From an uncultured Candidatus Sumerlaeota bacterium (lineage in GTDB: Bacteria > CAYMEV01), in contig CAYMEV010000002.1 in NCBI GenBank assembly GCA_964389675.1, positions 1 through 64,000 on the forward strand: a stretch of DNA of 64,000 nucleotides. The letters run 5' to 3'. Position 1 is the stretch's first letter; the number at the start of each line of letters is the position of its first letter. The position numbers and the translations under genes are program-made. Below are positions 8,622 to 18,195 of the stretch, one piece after another. The notes under the pieces were generated by a model. The model searched no databases. It was not told the origin of the DNA and saw only the letters and a list, made by a program, of their open reading frames with translations.

Positions 8622-9818
8622 TTAATCAGGCCTGATACGGCTTGCTACATAAAGGTTGACAAGGGAAAGAAGGCCAACAGAGAAAAACACGTATTGAGGT
8701 CCCCATCTGCTCCAGATTATCCCCGCCAGGATAGCAAATATTATGGAAACTATATGGTCAATCCCTAAACCGAAGGAAAGATTGGAGGTGATTTCTGCCG
8801 GTTTTACGGCAATGGCCTTAAGATATACTGTTCTTATCATTCCGATCTGATTTGACATACGGTCAATGATAAATATTAGATAGGCAGGTAGGACTGCCAG
8901 TCCGCTTTTTGCAAGCCAGCCGTCAGCATAACCGCCTGCAAGGGTGCCATAGATTATATATACACCAATAAAACTGTATGCATCAACATAAAGCATGTTC
9001 TTTATTCCATAGTGATCCATCCAGTGCCCCAGTGCAGGTATTATAAGTATTCCTATTGCACTGCCTATAATATACAGCATGGCTATAGTATCAGCCTTTT
9101 TGCTCAGAAGTTCAATCAATACCCAGGGGCCATATACCATCATGATCTGTTTCTGCACTCCGTGCATGACTACAAGAACATAGTAATAGCGGTAATCCCA
9201 GCGCAGTTTAAGGCGATTTCTCTCATGCTTTACCCCATCCAGGTTAACCAGTCTGTAGAGTTTGATCAATAAAAGCATGACTATGAAAAAGAGAAAGCCT
9301 GCAATGAGAAAAGACCACTTGACAGGAGTCTCAAAGCTTAAGATTTTATACCGGAAACCAAAGAATACAAAAATAGCGGCAATCATCTGGAATCCAGTAA
9401 AAAACCCCTTGAAACGGCCCATCCATTTTCCGATCTTGCCGTCCTTTATAAGGGCAAGGCCTATACTGTCCTGCAGGGGGAAAAACATATGCATCCCCAG
9501 CGAGTTTATAAAGATAAAGATCAGCATTATCCCGAAAGCCGGGGTGAACAGGCCCAGGACGATCATACCGGAAAAACTGAGGAACTGGGCAATAATGCCA
9601 ATCCTTATATTACAGAAGAATGAAAGAAGGGAAATGATCAGGACTGTTAAAATACCCGGCAGTTCCCTGGGCAATTCAATAAGCCCCCTCTGAAAAGCAG
9701 TAACCTGGTAGGCATCCTTGAAATAATTGGATATGATATCATTGCTGAAGCCAAGCCCGAGTGCTGTTATTGCCAGAATAAAAAAGTATATTTTAAGATC
9801 TTTTCTTAGAGCGGGCAT
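8622..9818 (-). CDS. MFS transporter
   Basis: 398 aa, about 12 TM segments, G..MDHYG.K loop motif. Confidence 0.8.
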   Translation of the reverse strand: MPALRKDLKIYFFILAITALGLGFSNDIISNYFKDAYQVTAFQRGLIELPRELPGILTVLIISLLSFFCNIRIGIIAQFLSFSGMIVLGLFTPAFGIMLIFIFINSLGMHMFFPLQDSIGLALIKDGKIGKWMGRFKGFFTGFQMIAAIFVFFGFRYKILSFETPVKWSFLIAGFLFFIVMLLLIKLYRLVNLDGVKHERNRLKLRWDYRYYYVLVVMHGVQKQIMMVYGPWVLIELLSKKADTIAMLYIIGSAIGILIIPALGHWMDHYGIKNMLYVDAYSFIGVYIIYGTLAGGYADGWLAKSGLAVLPAYLIFIIDRMSNQIGMIRTVYLKAIAVKPAEITSNLSFGLGIDHIVSIIFAILAGIIWSRWGPQYVFFSVGLLSLVNLYVASRIRPD

Positions 9819-9962
9819 ACTTTGAATTTCGTCCTTATACCTATAAAATGGATCTGATAAAATAATAAAGAGATTTATATAAGGAATTATTTATAAGAGA
9901 GAATTAAAGGAAAGTAAAATTAAAAATACATGGATATGGAAGCCATTAAATATTTTATTATG

Positions 9963-9991
9963 TTGATTTTAATCAAATAATGGATTATAAT
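9963..9991 (+). promoter_or_regulatory. Sigma70-type promoter whose -35 overlaps an FNR-consensus box
   Basis: TTGATT-17 bp-TATAAT; 9963-9976 reads TTGAT-TTTA-ATCAA. Confidence 0.6.
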
Positions 9992-10009
9992 ACCTGATAG
10001 TTAATAATA

Positions 10010-10762
10010 ATGAATGAAAGAATAATCATAGCAATTTATTTTGACCTGGAGAATATTGACAGGAAATTGAATGTCAGTGCCCTGCTGGATAATATAGCCC
10101 TGCAGATAGAGGAAGAGAAGCAGTCTGTATTTGCTATTAAGCTGGCCTGCGGGCATTCAGAATCAATAGGGAAATTCAGAAATCAGCTAAGGGATAATAA
10201 TTTTGAAATCCGTGAAGCCCCAAATGTATCAAAGAACAACCTTAAAAACCGGGCAGACCTGATCCTTTCCCTTGAAGCCTTTGAAACACTGGTCCATAAC
10301 AAACCTGATATAGACCTGTATGTATTTATAACTTCCGATACCGATTTTACTGTTGTAATGGATAAGCTCAGAAAATACGGCAGACAGGTCTGGCTGGTAA
10401 CCTCAGAAAATACGCTGAACAATAAACTTTTTTCGAACAGCTCGGATAATATAATCAATCTGAATGATTCTTTTTCAGAGTCACAGGAGATAATTAAGAA
10501 GAAGACCCGTGAAGGATATCTTGTCATAAATGGTTTCTCAAAAGAGCATCAGAGAGGAATTATGCAGGTACTGGATTCATTCGAGAAGGATGCATGGAAT
10601 CCCTATTCCATGTTCGGGATAAAAATGAGGAACCTGTTCAAGGATTTTTCTTATAAAGGAAAGGAATTCTATAGCCAGACCAGGCTATTCAAGTTCCTGA
10701 GTGAAAACAATATAATAGAAACCGAGAGAAGAGGCAAACTGCATTATTTCAGGGTTAAATAA
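10010..10762 (+). CDS. NYN domain (LabA/DUF88, PIN-like) protein with a C-terminal extension
   Basis: IYFDLENI, KNRADL.L..EA and FITSDTDF...LRKYGRQV motifs. Confidence 0.85.
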   Translation: MNERIIIAIYFDLENIDRKLNVSALLDNIALQIEEEKQSVFAIKLACGHSESIGKFRNQLRDNNFEIREAPNVSKNNLKNRADLILSLEAFETLVHNKPDIDLYVFITSDTDFTVVMDKLRKYGRQVWLVTSENTLNNKLFSNSSDNIINLNDSFSESQEIIKKKTREGYLVINGFSKEHQRGIMQVLDSFEKDAWNPYSMFGIKMRNLFKDFSYKGKEFYSQTRLFKFLSENNIIETERRGKLHYFRVK

Positions 10763-10888
10763 ACCGGTATAAGACCCATCCTTAAATGAATATTCATTAT
10801 AATACTTCTGACTGCATCATTTTAATATTGTATAAATCATTCAGCTGTTGTATATACTTCAGATCAAACTGCAGGGGATATTTCATGA

Positions 10889-11632
10889 ATGAAAATTCTT
10901 GCTGACATAGATGGTACCTTAATACTGGAGAATGAAGAGATAAACTCATCATCCGGCTTTATTGAATATCTCAATAAATACCATATAGAATACCTTTTAG
11001 CGACCAATTCTATAAAAGCTCCCTCAGAGCAGAAAAGGCGCCTTTCCGAAATAGGGATATTTATTGATGAAAGCTGTATATTGAGCCCGATAATGGCAAT
11101 CAATGATTTTATAAGGGAACAGGGGATTAAAAGGGTATATGCAGCAGGCTCAGATCCTGAAAAGGCACAGATAATGGCAGAGATAGTGCTAATTGAGCCT
11201 GAGCTTATAATCCTTCTGGATTTTGAAAAGTCCAATTATTCTTTTGAAGAACTGCAAAAGATCTATGAATTTATACAGATAGGTGTTCCGGTTATATCTG
11301 CATCATACTCGCCCTTTTATTTCAGCAGGGGTAAAAAAGTCCTGGATACAGGTGCTTTTACAAGGCTGTTTGAGGCATCTTCAGGGAGAAAGATACCTGT
11401 TTTCGGGAAACCATCATCATCTTATTTCAGCATTGCAAAAAGGAGGCTGGGAGAGAACCTCTGGATTATTGGAGATGATTGCAGGACAGACATTCTTGGA
11501 GCAAAAAAGGCTGGATTGAACACAATACTTATAAGGTCAGGCAAATACCGGAAGGGTGATGAGGAATTTTCCGATCCAGATATGGTGGTTGATGACCTTA
11601 TGGAAATAATTCCTCTGATGAGGGGGATATGA
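10889..11632 (+). CDS. HAD-IIA family hydrolase (NagD-like)
   Basis: DIDGTL, ATN, GKP and IGDDCRTDI.GA motifs. Confidence 0.88.
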   Translation: MKILADIDGTLILENEEINSSSGFIEYLNKYHIEYLLATNSIKAPSEQKRRLSEIGIFIDESCILSPIMAINDFIREQGIKRVYAAGSDPEKAQIMAEIVLIEPELIILLDFEKSNYSFEELQKIYEFIQIGVPVISASYSPFYFSRGKKVLDTGAFTRLFEASSGRKIPVFGKPSSSYFSIAKRRLGENLWIIGDDCRTDILGAKKAGLNTILIRSGKYRKGDEEFSDPDMVVDDLMEIIPLMRGI

Positions 11633-12831
11633 TGAGAAGCATAAGGAATGCATTTAAGATCGGTTTTGGCCCTTCCAGCAGTCATACAATGGGACCCTCT
11701 CTTGCTGCGGGTTTATTCCTGGAGCAGAATCCACAGGCTACATCATTTGAATGTGAGCTGTTCGGCAGCCTGGCAGCAACAGGAATTGGCCACAGGACCG
11801 ATTCAGCCCTCAAAAAGCAGTTTGAACCGCTGCCGGTAAAAATAATATGGAATATGGAAAAATCGCTCCCTGTTCATCCCAACGGGATGAGGTTTAAGGC
11901 ATATTGCCTGGGCAGGCAGACTGATGTTTGGGAAGTCTACAGCATCGGGGGCGGTGACCTCATGGATCCTGAGGGGAGAATAAAAAGCAAAAAGGATGTT
12001 TATCCTTACAGCAGGTTAAGTGATATACTGGATTATTGTGAAAAGAACGGTAGATCACTCTGGGAATTTGTAGTTGAAAATGAAGGGGCGGAGATCTTTG
12101 ATTATCTTGAAGATGTATGGGATATAATGAAGAAATGCATAAAGAACGGCCTGGAAAGAGAAGGGGTATTGCCAGGCAGGCTGGCATTACCCAGAAAAGC
12201 TTCATCCTGCTACATAAAAGCAATGAATTCAAGCGGGTCGATCAGGAATGCAGGGCTGAGGTTTGCATATGCTCTTGCTGTAAGTGAAGAAAATGCATCA
12301 GGAAGCAGAGTAGTGACAGCTCCTACATGCGGCTCTTCAGGTGTGCTTCCTGCCCTGCTTTATTATTTCAAGAGGGAATGCAAATGTTCTGATATTAGAA
12401 TATTAAGGGGTTTAGCAACAGCTGGCCTTATTGCAAACCTTGTTATAACAAATGCTTCTGTTTCTGGAGCAGAGGTAGGCTGTCAGGGAGAAATCGGGAC
12501 TGCCTGCGCAATGGCTGCAGCATCAGCAAGCCAGCTTCTGGGAGGCTCAAACCGCCAGATAGAATATGCATCAGAAATGGGCTTTGAACATAACCTGGGC
12601 TTAACATGTGATCCCATAGAGGGCTATGTACAGATCCCATGCATTGAGAGGAATGCCATAGCATGCTGCAAAGCTTTTGACCTTGCGGTTTATTCCCTCT
12701 TCTCTGACGGTGGGCATAAGGTATCGTTCGACAGGGTTGTTGAAATTATGGCAAAAACAGGAAAGGACCTGCAGTCCGCGTATAAGGAGACAGGGATCGG
12801 CGGGCTGGCTGGAGCCTGGAAGGAATTCTGA
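11629..12831 (+). CDS. sdaA: Fe-S-dependent L-serine ammonia-lyase, single chain
   Basis: GPSSSHTMGP, VTAPTCGSSG, GAEVGCQGEIG and GLTCDP...VQIPCIERN motifs. Confidence 0.95.
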   Translation: MMRSIRNAFKIGFGPSSSHTMGPSLAAGLFLEQNPQATSFECELFGSLAATGIGHRTDSALKKQFEPLPVKIIWNMEKSLPVHPNGMRFKAYCLGRQTDVWEVYSIGGGDLMDPEGRIKSKKDVYPYSRLSDILDYCEKNGRSLWEFVVENEGAEIFDYLEDVWDIMKKCIKNGLEREGVLPGRLALPRKASSCYIKAMNSSGSIRNAGLRFAYALAVSEENASGSRVVTAPTCGSSGVLPALLYYFKRECKCSDIRILRGLATAGLIANLVITNASVSGAEVGCQGEIGTACAMAAASASQLLGGSNRQIEYASEMGFEHNLGLTCDPIEGYVQIPCIERNAIACCKAFDLAVYSLFSDGGHKVSFDRVVEIMAKTGKDLQSAYKETGIGGLAGAWKEF

Positions 12832-12901
12832 TTTATTCAGGCCTGTTTTTTGTATTGCTTCAGCACCGGTAAAAACCAGACAGTTTTATTGACATTGACA
12901 A

Positions 12902-13597
12902 TTACAGCTGGGGCTGGTTCAAATCATGCTTTAACCTTTTCCAATCCGGGAGAAATTTATCCATATAACCCCGGAATACCTGATTGTGGTTTTTTTCCAG
13001 AAGGTGGACAAGTTCATGGACTATGACGTATTCCAGGCATTCTATGGGCTTTTTGGCAAGTTCAAGGTTCAGATTGACGGTTCTTTTCTTCAGGTTGATA
13101 GAGCCCCATTTTGTTTTCATCTGGCGTACCTTCCAGTCTTTTATCATTATTCCTGTTTTTCTTTCCCATTTATTGATCAGGACAGCAATATCACGCTTTA
13201 ATTCCTGCCGGTACCAATTTTTCATGATCTGATGCTTCTTTTCAATTCCTGTACCGGGCCGGACATAGAGAGAGATAATATGCCCGCTGCTTATCCTGAC
13301 AATGGAGCTGTCTTTGCTCTCCAGCACCTTAAGAGTGTAAGGCCTGCCCTTGAAATGATGAGTTTCATTATCCCTGTATTCTTTATGAACAGCAGGCATT
13401 TTCTCATAATATACAGACAATTTCTCCTTTATCCATTTCAGCCTGCACTCTATAAAATTCATCAAATAATCATTGCTTAAACCGAGAGGGGCAGAAATAC
13501 GTACTCTGGCTTCAGGGGGGTAGACATAAAGATTGATGTTCTTTACGCGCTTTCTTGAAATATCTATTATTATTCCATCTATATTGACCTGTTTCAT
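12902..13597 (-). CDS. YgjP/DUF45 family putative metal-dependent hydrolase
   Basis: MKTKWGS and YVIVHELVHLLEKNH (HExxH) motifs. Confidence 0.88.
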   Translation of the reverse strand: MKQVNIDGIIIDISRKRVKNINLYVYPPEARVRISAPLGLSNDYLMNFIECRLKWIKEKLSVYYEKMPAVHKEYRDNETHHFKGRPYTLKVLESKDSSIVRISSGHIISLYVRPGTGIEKKHQIMKNWYRQELKRDIAVLINKWERKTGIMIKDWKVRQMKTKWGSINLKKRTVNLNLELAKKPIECLEYVIVHELVHLLEKNHNQVFRGYMDKFLPDWKRLKHDLNQPQL

Positions 13598-13644
13598 AAT
13601 GATTTTAATAAAAAATTGGGGATGTGCTTGTTAAATAAAGATTC

Positions 13645-14052
13645 TCAATTGCCAGCCTGCTGTGGCTGTTCTTCTTCAACCCTGCCTGTCATGAGGTGCA
13701 GAAGGTATGGGGATACTTTCTGGATCTTTTCATCAACAATCTGGAATTTTTCGCATTTCATGGCTTCTTCTTCATTCTTTCCGAACCTGCTTTCTGCATC
13801 ATCACCCAGTTTTATGAGGAAATCCTTAAGCCTGGATAGCTCTTTTATCTGTTCTTCAGTGAGTTTCTCGGGTTCTTCCCCGTTGATCACAGTCAGCATC
13901 TTATCAAGGACTGTGTCAAAAGCATTAATATAATCGCATATGCTTTCAAGTTCCTCAATTTCTACAGGATCGGTGCATTCATCTGCATTAATAATGCCGG
14001 TGAATGCCATTGAAAGACATATTATCAACAATGCAGATATCAGTTTAGTCAT
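13645..14052 (-). CDS. Hypothetical secreted acidic helical protein
   Basis: GGAGG RBS, signal peptide, 135 aa. Confidence 0.7.
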   Translation of the reverse strand: MTKLISALLIICLSMAFTGIINADECTDPVEIEELESICDYINAFDTVLDKMLTVINGEEPEKLTEEQIKELSRLKDFLIKLGDDAESRFGKNEEEAMKCEKFQIVDEKIQKVSPYLLHLMTGRVEEEQPQQAGN

Positions 14053-14124
14053 ACAGACCTCCTTTCTTTCCAGTAAAGAATTGTTAAATAAAACTGGATA
14101 AAAATAAAGAAAAAAGAGGGCATT

Positions 14125-15240
14125 TTAATTATCCTTTGATGATATAAAAGATGTGATAAGCAGGGGGAGAGTAAAAGACACATATCCCTTGCCTTCCCAG
14201 TCAGCCCAGGTACCTATATGCAATATACCGTCCCGTATCAATTCGCTGAAACCGGTAAGGATAAAGGGAAGCGATATGGTTATCCAGATGAAAAAACACC
14301 ATGATGATAAACTGCTGCGGACTTTTGTAAAAGCCAATGCAGATATTGTCAGGATGAAAAATCCGGATAAAAGCATAAAATGCAATGGAATGCTTGATGA
14401 AGCCCTGTTAAATACATGAAGGGGCTGATAATAAAACCCCTGTCTGACAGATAGAGCATAGAACAGAAAATGCAGCAGGATGCAGGTCATCAATGAAACA
14501 GTCATAAAATTTAAGGCATTTCTTCTTTTATCTTTTAGCATACATAGTGCAATCAGCACCGGGACCAGAGCGAGGGGTGCCCTTGCTGTGCATACCATGC
14601 CTGCAAGAATACCCGAAATATAATAAGGAATAGAGTTCCTGTATACCAGTATTACAATGGCTGTTAAAGCCATTGCTGCAGCGGCCAGGTCATGGCCGGT
14701 GAAACTCATCTGAAGGAAATTCAAAGAACAGAACAGCATTATTATAAGGGATAATGCAGAAAGTATGCTATCCTTTGCCAGAAGAACAGATAAAAGCATC
14801 AGGTAGAAAGGGACAAGAAAAGTAATTGCCCCTGTCAGAGCGAAAGGGGAATTTATTATTATCCATCCCGGGCCGGGACTGACAGGGGCCCCGTCTGACA
14901 GGAAATCAGAATATGGATTAAGGCCTTCAAAAAGCATCATTCTGGCTGGCTTTATGAGTGCTTCAGGTGCTGTGCTGGGTTTTTCAATAAGCCTGGTACC
15001 GGGATAGAGAATTATATTTGCTAATAATAGAATCAGGATCATAAGCAGGATAAATCTCATATTATTAGTGTATTTTATCCGGGCAAGCCATTTATCCTTT
15101 ATAATTATGGAAATGGAGATTAGAAAAATGAAATATAAGGGTATAAAAAAAAATAGCTGACTGGGAAAATGTTTTATAAAAAAAGGGCATGAGGTTATTG
15201 CAGTAATAAGGATATAGAATATTAAGCCATATTTATGCAT
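14125..15240 (-). CDS. Polytopic membrane protein, possibly a GT-C-fold glycosyltransferase
   Basis: About 10 TM segments; loop G.NPY...P.SPGP resembles GT87-like proteins. Confidence 0.5.
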   Translation of the reverse strand: MHKYGLIFYILITAITSCPFFIKHFPSQLFFFIPLYFIFLISISIIIKDKWLARIKYTNNMRFILLMILILLLANIILYPGTRLIEKPSTAPEALIKPARMMLFEGLNPYSDFLSDGAPVSPGPGWIIINSPFALTGAITFLVPFYLMLLSVLLAKDSILSALSLIIMLFCSLNFLQMSFTGHDLAAAAMALTAIVILVYRNSIPYYISGILAGMVCTARAPLALVPVLIALCMLKDKRRNALNFMTVSLMTCILLHFLFYALSVRQGFYYQPLHVFNRASSSIPLHFMLLSGFFILTISALAFTKVRSSLSSWCFFIWITISLPFILTGFSELIRDGILHIGTWADWEGKGYVSFTLPLLITSFISSKDN

Positions 15241-15384
15241 TTTTTACTCATTTTTATGTATTTCTCTAATAAAGCTATACCAAATCTATTATAATGATTA
15301 TAATTAATTATAGACTAATAATTATTTTTTGTTTTCTCAAGCTAATTATATTATTATTAATTATAATAAAGGAAAGCAGTTATT

Positions 15385-15858
15385 ATGGAAGTTGAACTCA
15401 AGGATATAGATAAAGATAACTGGCATGAATGCATCAAGCTGAAAATTGCAGGCAGCCAGAAATATTTCGTATTTTCAAATATGTACAGTCTTGTTGAATC
15501 AAAGTTCGATCCTAATCTTGTTCCAAAGGGTATATTTGCTGAGGGGAAAATGGTCGGTTTTATTATGTACGGCCTTTATGAAGGAGAATACTGGATATCA
15601 AGGCTTATGATCGATAAAATGTACCAGGGAAAAGGCTATGGAAAAGCTGCAATTAAAATGGTTATTGAGCTGTTGAAGAAGAATCCTGAATGCAGAAGGA
15701 TATACATTGATTATGAGCCGGATAATAAGACTGCAGAAACCTTATACGAGCATATAGGCTTTATCAGAACAGGAAAGTATTCCAAAGGTGCTGTTATTGC
15801 ATGTTATTATATCAATCAGGGTCAGGATCAGGAAAACATAAAGGAGGAAAACCAATGA
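15385..15858 (+). CDS. GNAT N-acetyltransferase (spermidine acetyltransferase/BltD-like)
   Basis: RLMIDKMYQGKGYG acetyl-CoA motif and N..A..LY...GF. Confidence 0.85.
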   Translation: MEVELKDIDKDNWHECIKLKIAGSQKYFVFSNMYSLVESKFDPNLVPKGIFAEGKMVGFIMYGLYEGEYWISRLMIDKMYQGKGYGKAAIKMVIELLKKNPECRRIYIDYEPDNKTAETLYEHIGFIRTGKYSKGAVIACYYINQGQDQENIKEENQ

Positions 15859-16355
15859 GCAGTGTAATAATATATAAAAGCAGGTATGGCGTAACAAGGC
15901 AGTATGCTGAATGGATCGCTGAAGAGACGGGGTTTGAACTAAAAGATCCAGAAAGAGATGAAATAGAGCTGGATCAGTATGACAGGATAATAGCCGGTGC
16001 AAGCATCAGAGCCGGGAGAATGATCAATTCAAAATGGCTGTATAAATACAGGGATGAGCTTGCTGATAAGGAACTTATTATTTTTTCTGTAGGAGGATAT
16101 CCTCCATCCGCCATAGAAAAGATTGAACTGGCCAAAAAGAGCAGTATTCCCTCAGGATTAACATTTAAGCATTTCCACCTTCAGGGTAAGATAAACATGA
16201 GTATGCTCCGGTGGTGGGAAAAAATCATCTTCAGAATACTTTCAAAGTTTGCTGGGAATAATGACGAAATCGGCATGATAGTTAAGGGATTTGATTTTGT
16301 TAAAAGGGAAAATATAGAGCCGATCGTGGAGAGTTTAAAAAGCTCTGATTTTTAA
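15855..16355 (+). CDS. Flavodoxin-domain protein (HemG-like)
   Basis: IYKSRYGVTRQYAEWIA FMN loop; AGGAGG RBS and ATGA overlap at 15855 (ORF track starts at 15801). Confidence 0.82.
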   Translation: MSSVIIYKSRYGVTRQYAEWIAEETGFELKDPERDEIELDQYDRIIAGASIRAGRMINSKWLYKYRDELADKELIIFSVGGYPPSAIEKIELAKKSSIPSGLTFKHFHLQGKINMSMLRWWEKIIFRILSKFAGNNDEIGMIVKGFDFVKRENIEPIVESLKSSDF

Positions 16356-16430
16356 AATGCTCTATAAGTAAATATTTACTGATATATTTTATTTGTATTT
16401 TGGCTGAAGTGAAATATAATCCAGTCTGTC

Positions 16431-18185
16431 ATGTTTAAAATAAAAAATGATATTTTCAAGGTAGTAAAGGTATTTTATCCCTTTATAAAGCCATACAGGA
16501 AGCTTCTTTTTCTTTCGATTTTCCTTCTGGTCTTTGCTTCACTTGCGGGTTTGTACGCACCATGGGTGACAAAGGACATTGTCAACCTCCTGGAGACAGA
16601 GGAAGGAATACAAAAGCTCTTTACAATAGGGATCAGATATTTCTATATTATCATTATCTTGTTTGTTATCCAGGCTGTTCTGGGATATTTCCAGATAATA
16701 ATAATCTCAAAGGTTGGAGAGGGATTTGTAAGGGATATCAGAAGCTATTTATTTGCACATCTTATCGACCTGCCAGTGGACTTTTTTGACAGAAACCGGG
16801 CGGGAGACCTTTCCAGCAGGGCTTCAAATGACATTTCAACAATACAGGAGATGTTCACGAACGGTTCACATACAATTGTTATGTCCATGATAAATATTTT
16901 TGGTTCGGCCTTCATCATGTTCTATATTTCTGTTAAACTGAGCCTGGTTACGCTTGTCCTCATCCCTCTGCTTATCCTGATGGTCATGATATTCGGCAAG
17001 AGGGTAAGAAGATTTTCAAAAGGACTGTATGAGATGATCGGCAAGATGAGTTCAAAAGTGCAGGAGGCAGCAAGCCAGATAAGAATAGTAAAGGCATTCA
17101 GCCAGGAAAGCAAGGAAAACAGTGAATTCAGTGATATTGCTGATTCTTCCTATAATTTTGCCATGAAACGAGCCTATACCTTGGCTATTTTCTCTTCATT
17201 AAACCAGATATTTATATGGGGAAGCATTATTGCCGTCTTTGTGTTCGGGTTTATACTTGTAAAGGGTGATTTTATATCAAGCGGCGAGCTTGTCTCATTT
17301 ATCCTCTATTCCTTTAAGATACTGATACCGCTTGTATCACTTGCATTCTTCTTTGCATCTATCCAGAGGACCATCGCAGCGGGAATAAGGATTATTGAGA
17401 TACTTGATACACCTGTTGAAAAGATAAGGTATGTAAACAAGCTTAAGCCTGAATCTCTCAAAGGAACCCTTATATTTGACAGGGTCTCTTTTGCATATAA
17501 TGGATCTGATGTGATCAAAGACCTTGATTTAATAGCGGAGGAAAGGGAATTCATAGGAATAGTCGGTACATCAGGAGCCGGCAAATCTACCATAGCATCC
17601 CTTATCCTTGGATTCTATCCTGCCAGGAGCGGAAGGATATGCATTGACGGTTATGATTATAATGACCTGGATCTTTATCATATAAGAAGATTTATCTCTT
17701 ATGTCCCGCAGGAGCCTCAGCTTTTTGGGGGGACCCTGCTTGAAAATATTAAATACGGGTGTCCCGGGGCAACTATGCCTGAAATTGAGGATGCTGTGAA
17801 AAAAGCAAGGATATACGATTTTATAAAAAACCTTCCAAACGGATATAATACAGAGGTTGGTGAACGGGGTGTGAAGCTTTCCGGAGGGGAAAGACAGAGG
17901 ATAGCCATAGCCAGGGCATTTCTGAAAGACCCCAAAATACTAATAATGGATGAAGCTACAAGCCATCTTGACCTGGAAACGGAAAGGGATCTCAGGACAG
18001 CTTCATATGAGCTTCTTAAAGGGAGAACAACAATAATGATTGCCCATAGGCTATCAACAACAAGGGATGCAGACAGAATAGTGGTGCTTGCTGACGGAAA
18101 AAAGGTTGAAGAGGGCAATCATGCAGAGCTTATGGAGAGAAGAGCTGTTTACTACAATCTGTATAATCTGAACAATAGCCAGTAA
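16431..18185 (+). CDS. ABC exporter, fused TMD-NBD (MsbA/MdlA type)
   Basis: Six TM helices; GTSGAGKS, LSGGERQR, IMDEATS and IAHR motifs. Confidence 0.93.
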   Translation: MFKIKNDIFKVVKVFYPFIKPYRKLLFLSIFLLVFASLAGLYAPWVTKDIVNLLETEEGIQKLFTIGIRYFYIIIILFVIQAVLGYFQIIIISKVGEGFVRDIRSYLFAHLIDLPVDFFDRNRAGDLSSRASNDISTIQEMFTNGSHTIVMSMINIFGSAFIMFYISVKLSLVTLVLIPLLILMVMIFGKRVRRFSKGLYEMIGKMSSKVQEAASQIRIVKAFSQESKENSEFSDIADSSYNFAMKRAYTLAIFSSLNQIFIWGSIIAVFVFGFILVKGDFISSGELVSFILYSFKILIPLVSLAFFFASIQRTIAAGIRIIEILDTPVEKIRYVNKLKPESLKGTLIFDRVSFAYNGSDVIKDLDLIAEEREFIGIVGTSGAGKSTIASLILGFYPARSGRICIDGYDYNDLDLYHIRRFISYVPQEPQLFGGTLLENIKYGCPGATMPEIEDAVKKARIYDFIKNLPNGYNTEVGERGVKLSGGERQRIAIARAFLKDPKILIMDEATSHLDLETERDLRTASYELLKGRTTIMIAHRLSTTRDADRIVVLADGKKVEEGNHAELMERRAVYYNLYNLNNSQ

Positions 18186-18195
18186 GGAGATGTTT

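Noticed and set aside
10010-13597. Defence island suggested by NYN and YgjP genes
   Set aside because: They are separated by metabolic genes (HAD hydrolase, sdaA), with no restriction-modification, integrase or other defence genes nearby.
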